NCBI GenBank assembly: GCA_951406725.2
Contig: OX597818.1
Coordinates: forward strand, 102,920,001 to 102,984,000
Length of the DNA stretch: 64,000 nucleotides
Reading direction: 5' to 3'
From: Octopus vulgaris
Lineage: Eukaryota
The notes under the pieces were generated by a model, which was not told the origin of the DNA, did not search any database, and worked only from the letters and a program-made list of their open reading frames with translations. How positions within the stretch are numbered: the stretch's first letter is position 1; each line of letters starts with the position of its first letter. A program made the translations under genes and the position numbers. This document shows, piece by piece, positions 54,353-64,000 of this stretch.

Positions 54353-54637
54353 TCTAATGATAAAAAGGAATTCTAACTGTGACTACTCGTCTGTAGAAGT
54401 TTTAAGACACAGTATATCTTAAAAGGCATTATACAATATTACTTCATGTTTGAGATAGCTGAGCGAAATTTGGGGGTTATTTAGTATTACCTTGTAACAG
54501 AGCAATAAACCTTCATAGAAACAGCCCAGTTAATTCGCTGATTTTTCAGAATGAGATCACCTTAACCAACGAAATACATGAGCAAAGGTTTCATATTTTC
54601 TTTAAATCGTGTTCTATTCGTTTTTAGAAACGTTTAT

Positions 54638-55045
54638 AGCGTCCCCAAAGTCCATCCCCTCCTCACCGTGGTGGGGACGCTGGCAACGGGTAGTGTCAGA
54701 GCTATGCCGTCGGGAACTTCGGTTCCTGGTAGGGCCACCCAAGGCGGATTGGTCTGACACCGAGTGGTATTAGGGCCACAACCCGACAGACGGGGCTCCG
54801 GTGAAAATCCACGGAGTGTCTGTTTCGACAACCGGCGGCTCCTCGGTCGTTCTGCCCCTGCGTCTGCGGACAATCTGCGGCAAACAGGATGCCTCTACAT
54901 GCGGGATTGTTGGGGACCGCTTGTCAAATCCACATATTCCCACGAAGCTTCTTCCATGAATTCTCAATGGCGAATACAATGCCTCGAGGGTGATGGAAGA
55001 AGCCGACTCAACCCGCCCAGGGTGAATGTCGCCACAAATACAAGT
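54638..55045 (+). mobile_element. GC-rich structured segment resembling an RTE-type retroelement 5' UTR
   Basis: gagctatgccg...ggtagggccacccaaggcgga motif recalled from RTE 5' ends; several strong hairpins; no ORF follows. Confidence 0.45.
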
Positions 55046-55897
55046 AAGTATTCACTTTTAAGCTTTCCAGACTGAAAACTAAAGACTAGTTTGAGGCCAC
55101 AGCATACTCTGTCTATTATAGAGTCCTATTTTAAATAAGCAAAGTAGTCTGTTTGTATTGAGCGATTAAATAGTTTAGAGACTACATGTACACGTTTTCT
55201 AATGCATCCATTTCTATAGCTTTCTCAAAATTGCTTTATTCTATGATTTATCATTTTAATGTGCGTATGGTTAATAATAAGTTTTACAATAATTTTCAAT
55301 TTAATGTTGATACGAATTACACGTGTATAAGTTAAAAATCTTGAAAGACGTAAATACAAACAACAATATAAATAAAACACCCATGAAATATTACAAAAGG
55401 AAATAGAAATATAGTGAATTTATGATATTTATAATATTGTGTGAACACGTCTGTATATGTATGTGCATATATTTAATATTAAACCGAGTAGCTTATACAA
55501 TATGCTGAGATACATGTAATAAAAATCATTTATATTGTGCTGAAATACGCAAGTCAGATACATTTTAACCGTTTTTCGAGATTTATAGGTTTGAGTTATA
55601 TAATTATCATGCTCATTAAATTAAGATTTATTGCATAAATTAAAGAAGTGATTTTACGTTTATCATCTGACTTAGGATAATATTAATATCATTTAACAGC
55701 AATAAGCAATTATTTTACATAAATATTTGTATCTCAAACAAGAAAACAATTATGTCCATAAAATTCAGGACTCGGGGATTAATGTGTTTCGTATATACTG
55801 CTGTTTTATTCATTAAATCTGAGAATGCATTTCTGTTAGAGAAGCAGCAGGAATAGTCAACTTTATAGAATCCAAATGTATTTCACATCTCATGCTA

Positions 55898-56640
55898 CTG
55901 CTTTAGAATGGAAAGGATCCGTTGAGTTATAAAGTCTTAGGTACAAAATGTATGGACAAAGAAAAAGTAGGTTGGCAACACTTTAATCACCTTCGATCTT
56001 ATATCTGCTTCATTAGAACTGGCTTAGTGCGAAAAACCAACACAGGATCTTTTCGGTTTGAACGGCAATTTTTAAAATAATTTCCACGTAACTAAACACT
56101 TTTAAACTTCATATACTGGTAGAATGTGTTTATAAAACATCCTTTTCTCTTGGCTTGATTGAGAAAATTGTATAGTTTGTAAGATATTTGTTGTTTTTTT
56201 TCTTCAATTTCTGCAATTTCAACCAACCAGTGATGTCTATTGAGGTAAAAACAATCTGTACCGTATGAATATGTCCCTCGTTTAAGAAACAGATTGGGTT
56301 TATTTACATTTCTGAAGAAAGAATATACCCTTCCCCCACCCCTAACCCTAAACCTAACCCTAACTAACCCTAACTCCTACCCTAACCCTAAAATAGATTG
56401 AAATGCAATAGATCGATACTAGGGTCATAATTATGGGTGACAATTTCATATGACACCGCCAGAAAAAAACTGCCGTTCAAACCGAAAAGATCCCTGCTTT
56501 ATAATGGGAAGGACACGTTAAGTTATAAAGTCTTAGGTACACATTGTATGGAGAAAGAAAAAGTAGGTGGGCAACACTTTAATCACCTTCGATCTTTTAT
56601 CTGTTTGATTAGAACTGGCTTAGTGCGAAAAGCCAACACA
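55898..56640. repeat. 147-bp direct repeats (55898-56044 and 56494-56640)
   Basis: Ungapped alignment with about 13 mismatches counted by eye. Confidence 0.92.
56045..56493. mobile_element. MITE with about 29-bp TIRs and internal (CCCTAA)n-like tract
   Basis: ggatcttttcggtttgaacggca(a/g)ttttt at both ends; telomere-like repeats at about 56340-56392. Confidence 0.88.
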
Positions 56641-57404
56641 CTAACGAGAGTGCGTCTATAAGGTTACCTGTTCTGGCACAAGTAATTGCTAAATCCACCT
56701 GTTTTGTTTTAAATATTTTCTGCTACTTAATTGCCAATCTAAATCAAAAACAATCAACTCAATTGCCAAGTAGCCTACCCTGATGAAAAAGGGTACCGCC
56801 TTGAAGTGCTTAGTCGAAGAAGTCGAACCCGAGACTTATTGTTAATGCCTGATACTTATTCTATCAATCTCTTTTGCTGGGATGTAAACAAACCCAAAAT
56901 TTGTTGTCAAACGCACACATACATATACAAATACACACACGCATACACATCTATACATATACATACACTCACACACAAACACTTTTCTTCCGTAGCAACC
57001 AATAAACAGACTGGACACACACACATATGCAATTTAGAAATAGGATAAACTCTTTATAAGAAATTATCAAGTAGTTAGCGTGAAAAGACTCATAAGGGAA
57101 AAGTTTATTAAGTATCCCCTTTAAATATATTTATTTATATTAAGGGCGTTACTATACATAAATACCTCACGCTAGGAGGGGCTCTTAAAGTTAAAACTAC
57201 CATAATAAACACATTTTGTACCGAACGCGAGGGAATGCAACTCTCCAAGCGAGCCTTTTGAAAACAGATTCTGCTGCAAATCATGTGATTTCATAATTAG
57301 TGCACAAAATAGGTGAGGCATTTATGTATAGTAATGCCCTTAATATAAATAATTATATATACACACACACACACACACATATGTATATATATATATATAT
57401 ATAT

Positions 57405-57451
<47 letters not shown>

Positions 57452-58749
57452 CGCATATACGAAAGACTTCTGCACAGTCTCCGTTTACTAAATTCACTGG
57501 TATAGCATTGTGCTGGTTCAAGGCTATAGTAGAAAACATTTACTCACGACGCCGCACGATGGAGCAGAACCCGAAACCACATTGTTACAAAACGAGCGTC
57601 TTAACCTCACAGCCAACTTTCCCTTACTTTTCTAGGTGTGTAGTTTTAAAAGATGCTATTGTATCGGTTTTAGCAACTACGTGAATAAGTGAAAAACAAC
57701 ATACTGTTGCACGCACATACACACATGTATACATACACACACATGCATATGTACATACATACATACATACATACATACATACATACATACATACATACAT
57801 TCATACGTACATGCATGCATAGGTACACACACACATTGACACACACACATGCGCACAAACAAAAAGGAACGCAGTGTAAATAACGGACAGAGTCAAGACT
57901 ATTGAAAAGGTTGCAAGACGCAACGAAAGTTTTAGGAAAATAAAAATAAGGAATAAGTGGAAATTTTACCGGTGAGTGTGTTAAATTATTTATAAGGTAA
58001 AAAAGAAAAATGACTCTCCCCAGACACAACAGAATATGCTTCAACACACGAACTCACATAAAGAATCTTGCAAACCAAATCCCAAAACGAAAATAAAAAA
58101 AAAAAAAAGGGGAAGAACAGGTTTCAGGACTTCATCGATACGTTTTTCTCGAGCAACAAATTTGAAAAGGCAAACTTGACTTCTACGTACTGAAAAGCTC
58201 AAAAGTGCAGAGAGCTGGAATAAACACCGCATGACATTCCGTCGGAAGCAAACCATCATGCATATTCTCCACACTGTTTATTGATAATCATAATTTGACT
58301 GTGAATTCGATTCATCCTGAGGCGAAACTGGTTCATAGTTCGGTCTATACACCAGCCAGGAGATTGCAGCTTCGTACACAATGCAGACCACTAGTCAATT
58401 GTAAAAAAATAATGAACAACGAATTAGATTATATTGTAGGAAGACAACTATAAAAATAAGACAAATCAATGAATATTAACTTATTTTTCAACTGATGTTC
58501 AACCATTCACTAAACTAATGATGGGTTTATTTTCTTCCGTAGCAACCAATAAACAGACTGGACACTGATTGGTTTTAATTTGACAAGCAGACCATATTAA
58601 CTATGTGAATTTTCACGGGCTGATATCTCCAATCGTATTATAAGTTTATTCACGTACATAACCTTACACTCGTACAAACACAGGCTTTTGCAGACATAAA
58701 ACAAAATACAGACGCATACGCCAACACACTGTTGCTATCTACATATGCA

Positions 58750-59300
<551 letters not shown>

Positions 59301-59548
59301 AGATGGATCGATTAATGAATGCAAGTATGGATGGATGCGCATGCATATAAAGCAGAAATATGCACACACATAATTACATACATGCTGGCTCATGCGCATC
59401 ACTCAACTCGAGAGGACGTGAGTATAAGTAATTCTAAGCGATGGAGATGCTAGCAAGTGCATAATATGTGTATATATACATTATATGTGTGTGCGCGCGC
59501 GTGTGTGAGTTTGTATGCACAATTTTATATAGAGTTACACTTATGTGC

Positions 59549-59582
<34 letters not shown>

Positions 59583-60628
59583 TCACACAGACACACATAT
59601 ATATAGATACACACTCGTATACATATAGGCATGCATATGCACAAGCGCACGATACAACATATTTACACACACAAATAAATTTATATAAATTGATATTCAC
59701 AGATATATACACGTATACTTACAAAAGTTAGTGCTTTACTGTATTTTGAAATCGATTTTTCTAACAAATTTGGTTATATATCACAATTATACTGGAAAAA
59801 AAAATCAGAAAAAAAAATCAATTTGGATAAATGTGTTCGGACTTCATTTCTTTACATTATTCAATGATCTTAAAGATATAGCAAATAATAGTTAGAAATA
59901 ATCTATTTCCCATTTGATTTGCTTGTTTCTTGAAGCCATCTACCTATGGTAGACTAGGTAATGTATGATCTTGGTGTAAACAACATCAACAGAACACAAT
60001 TCAAGCGATATATATTATTTTTCTTGACACTAACAGCTCTAATATATTATCTACCCAGCTTTTTCTCTTAATGTGTGTGTGTGCGTGTGTATGTGTGATT
60101 ATTCAATTTTATTTCAAAACGTCTTACCAATAAAGAGTCACTTTCTAACCTAGATCCAAGGTTTCTTCCCTGGAATTCCAACATCAGACCGTTTTGTATG
60201 TATACCTGCAGATTTGTATGTTTTGTATATGCATATATTTTCACGCATATAGTTCCATATCCAGACATGCTCAGGCATACTTAAATGATAAACATCTGGA
60301 AAGTCTTACAGATTTTTACTGTTCCAGTGATGGATTGAATCTGTAGTCTTTGAAACAGCTTTCTCCTTTCTCGTATTGAGAAGCCTAATTTCTCGAGATT
60401 GCTATTTAGGCAGTGTTTTACACAACCCGGTGTCTCAATAATTACAGGCATAAACCTGAACTTGTAATCTATGTAGAGTAACTACAGATTTCTCAATAGT
60501 TCCAGGAAGGTATTCTCATTTTCGCTGATCTTTAGCTTTATGTTAACATCCGCTGTGTAGGTGATTTCCACAACAGTACACAATTTCTCTTTTCTATCCG
60601 GTTAAGCATGAATGTAAGTGTATATCTG

Positions 60629-60711
<83 letters not shown>

Positions 60712-60759
60712 GTCTGTCTGTCTTTCTATCTATCTATCTATCTATCCATCCATCTATCC

Positions 60760-60816
<57 letters not shown>

Positions 60817-61369
60817 CCTATTTGTCCTTCTCTTCCTCTCTCTCTCTCTCTCTATATATCTCTATATATATATATATATATATATATCTTTGTTCGACTA
60901 CTATCTGTGTAGCGTCTCTTATATTTCTTCCCATGACTTTCATCTCCTATGTCCCTGCTGTAAGGCTTCACTCCCACCTACGCCAGCTTAATTTAATTCG
61001 TCTTTAGTCGAAAGACACCTGTTGTTAATGTCCTGTTGTTTGTATTTATAATTGTGTACCATTTCTCCGTTTTTTCGTCCTTGTTTTCGTATATATTCAC
61101 GTGCTTTCTTCCAAGGAGTCTAGTGCTCTTAGCTTAAATTTTCTTGGAGCCAGCTAGATTGTAGCAGTCTCGAGTGTAAGCGGCCGAAACTGCAAAGACG
61201 ATCTGGAACTCGTGTGAGGACAGAAAGCTTCGAATGACCCGTCCTTGTTTTTTCGTGTCATTTTTTGTATTGTCTAACTGTCCGGATGTTTTGTTGTCGC
61301 CTGTTACGTACTTGTTCCACTTTTTGTGTTCTTCAGCCCTATGATCGTGAGTCGGATATCCTAACTACT

Positions 61370-61845
61370 AACACACACATACACAAACACGACACGCGCA
61401 CACACACACACACATTTACGCACACGAACACGCACACACATACACACACACAAATACGCACACACAAACACGGACACGCACATACACACACATACACACA
61501 CGCACACGCATATACACACACAAACACGCACACACATACACACTAACGAACATGCACACACGTACACACACAAATACGCACACAAAAACACGGACACGCA
61601 CATACACACACGCACACGCATATACACACAAAAACACGCACACACATACACACTAACGAACATGCACACACGTACACACACAAACACGCACATACATACA
61701 CACAAACACGGACACACACACAAACATGCACACACACACACTCACACACACAAACACACACATATACACACATACACACACACACAAACACGTACACGCA
61801 CATACACAGACACACACACATACAAACACGTACACACACACACTT
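61370..61845. repeat. (CA)-rich repeat with 110-bp higher-order period
   Basis: cactaacgaacatgcacacacgtacacaca recurs at 61541 and 61651. Confidence 0.85.
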
Positions 61846-62299
61846 AACGCTTACACACAGGCATATGCATGCACGATTGTATTAAACAGGGAAAACGAGT
61901 GCCTAACTCTGCATTTGGTGGATAAATATTTTTTATCAATGGTTTAACAAGGCTACCAATGCTTCTATGTATAAAATACTTCCACAATTTTCAAGAAGTC
62001 CACATAAAATTACTTGTAGCCATAAAAATCTACAAATACAGTATGCATCTCCCCCTCCACCACCCTCTCTCTCTCTAGTAAGAGAATAAGGATGGCAGCA
62101 ACCCGAGCTCGTACCTCTGTAAATCCAGGATTGTAGTTTTCACTCAGTCTGATGAAATGTTGCAGAGAAAATGATATTTAACTTTATATATTTTCATATA
62201 AATATTTTTTGGGTTGTATAACCAAATATGTTTACTGATATAACATTTCTAGTAATTATCTTCTCCTTTTCTCTCCTTTTCTCTCTCTCTTTCTTTCTT

Positions 62300-62361
<62 letters not shown>

Positions 62362-62700
62362 AAGTTAATCCAAACAAGAAAACACAGAAAAAAACACAGA
62401 AAAAAACACAGCAACGCGAGGACGTGGAGCAATTAAAGTATTATTTGATGCTCACACAGAAATTGCTGTGTGGTAAAAAGCTTGCTTTCCAACCACATTG
62501 TTCCGGGTTGAGTCCCACAGCTTCTGACTATAGTAATTTAGCATTGTGAATTAAACACGATTTGGGTTGCGGAAAGAATTAAAAACGATCAAAGCTTAAC
62601 TTTAGCAAGGTTATATATGTTACCAGCTATAAAAGTAACATTGAAAATGTAAGTTCAGTGGAAGGAAATAGAATATTAAGTTAGTATTATACTCAAGTAT

Positions 62701-62950
62701 GGAGGCGCGTGGCTTAGTGGTTAGGGTGACTGCATCATAAACGTAAGATTATGGTTTCGTTTCCTGGACCGGGCGACGCGTTGTGTTCTTGAGCAAAGCA
62801 ATTCATTTCACGTTGCTCCAGTCCTCTGAGCTGGCAAAAATGATTAACGCTGCGATAGACTAACGTCCCGTCAAGCTGGGGAACACATACACCATTGAAA
62901 CTGGGAAACCGGACCCATGAGCCTGGCTAGGCTTTAAAAGGGCGCATTTG
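62701..62950 (+). mobile_element. Family E/D-related tRNA-derived SINE
   Basis: ggaggcgcgtggcttagtggttag head, cttgagcaa core, gggaaaccgg..atgagcc tail. Confidence 0.8.
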
Positions 62951-62988
62951 TTTATCTTTTTTATATTATATTCAAGTAAAAGGTATTA

Positions 62989-63372
62989 CGAACGGGGTGC
63001 TGAAATGTTGCTGGCTTTAAGGGTATCGCGAAAGGCTTGGTTGAAGGCCCAAACTTCTGACTTCCGTTACAGGCTTTAGAAGAACTGAAGGACTGCTGCA
63101 ATAAGTGTGCGAATATGAAAGACAGCACTTAATCAGAAAGAATGTAAGAGGTAGCATGATGACATAGCAAGGATAATGCCTTGTGGACTTTGCAGCGAAA
63201 GGCCTGGTTAGAGGCTCAAACTTCCGAATTCTTTACAAGGCTTAGAAAAACTGTAAGACCGCTGTAATAAGTGCGTGAGTCTGAGAGAAGTATATGTTGA
63301 CTAAAATCATAATTAACTGATCCGTTTTTACTTCCTTCTACCAAAAACCAGGAAAATTTTATCACCTTCTAG
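62989..63372 (+). mobile_element. Mariner-derived MITE with internal duplication
   Basis: Inverted homologue of 47911-48125; gcgaaaggc..aataagtg block present twice (about 63028 and 63195). Confidence 0.7.
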
Positions 63373-63749
63373 TTTAACAAACTGAAGTAAGATAAAATAA
63401 AAAGAAAAAATTAATATATTAAACAAAGTAAATATATTAATTTAATTTAGATACGTAATATATAGATTATATGCTCTATGACGAGCGGACATACGATAGG
63501 TGATTGCCATAAGAATTAAGTAGTGTATGTCGTGAAAATTAAATATCGGAAATATACTGATTTAATCTAAATAAGTTATATAAGCTTATGTAGCGTCTCA
63601 GCCATTTTTCAGTAAGAGTAATATGTTAGAGAATTATACAGGGTGTTGAAAAAGTCAATCAGTAGTGAATATTTTTCATCCTGCACACGCGCAACTAGGC
63701 TATCACTGCGTAGGCGCCCTGGTGTCAGCCATTGTCCCTCAATCATTCT

Positions 63750-63955
63750 TTTCTACACTAGCCACAAGGCCCGAAATATTTGGTGAGTGGGCCAGTCGAT
63801 TAGATCGACCCCAATACGCAACGTAACTTAGTTTATCGACCCCGAAAGGATGAAAGGCAAAGTCGACCTCGGCGGAATTTGATCTCAGAACGCAAAGGCA
63901 GATGAAATACCACCTAAGTATATCGCCCGGCGTGCTAACATGTCTGCCAGCTCAC
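63750..63955 (-). mobile_element. Family A variant SINE
   Basis: Homology to the 8012 and 35420 copies. Confidence 0.85.
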
Positions 63956-64000
63956 ATCCTTTTTGTCCCTTAGTCATTGGGTTACCCTTCAGCGTGTCGA

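Overview
AT-rich eukaryotic genomic DNA dominated by microsatellites ((TA)n, (CA)n, (TTA)n, (GAA)n, (TATC)n) and transposable elements. The repeat content looks like an octopus (cephalopod) genome; this is an inference from recalled SINE sequences, not a search result. I find no intact host protein-coding gene, and nearly all ORF-track entries are microsatellite or SINE read-throughs. Recognisable elements: five SINE families (called A-E here), two full-length but decayed mariners (15400-16678, mellifera-like; 45548-46840, irritans-like), a long-TIR mariner deletion derivative (24141-25229), maT/DD37D remnants, three non-autonomous Helitrons, several MITEs, and decayed Tx1/L1, RTE, CR1-group, R4/Dong-like and Penelope-like retroelement fragments. 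The strongest hidden signal is RNA-level: at least five near-intact minimal type I hammerhead ribozyme motifs plus many degenerate ones, in short elements inserted in (TA)n tracts. Four of them carry helix-II domains of almost the same length (57-61 nt) with no evident sequence similarity. Other oddities: a 147-bp direct repeat exactly flanking a telomere-repeat-bearing MITE, a patchwork of locally templated insertions inside a mariner, and SINE multimers with a recurrent junction. All alignments and folds were done by eye.
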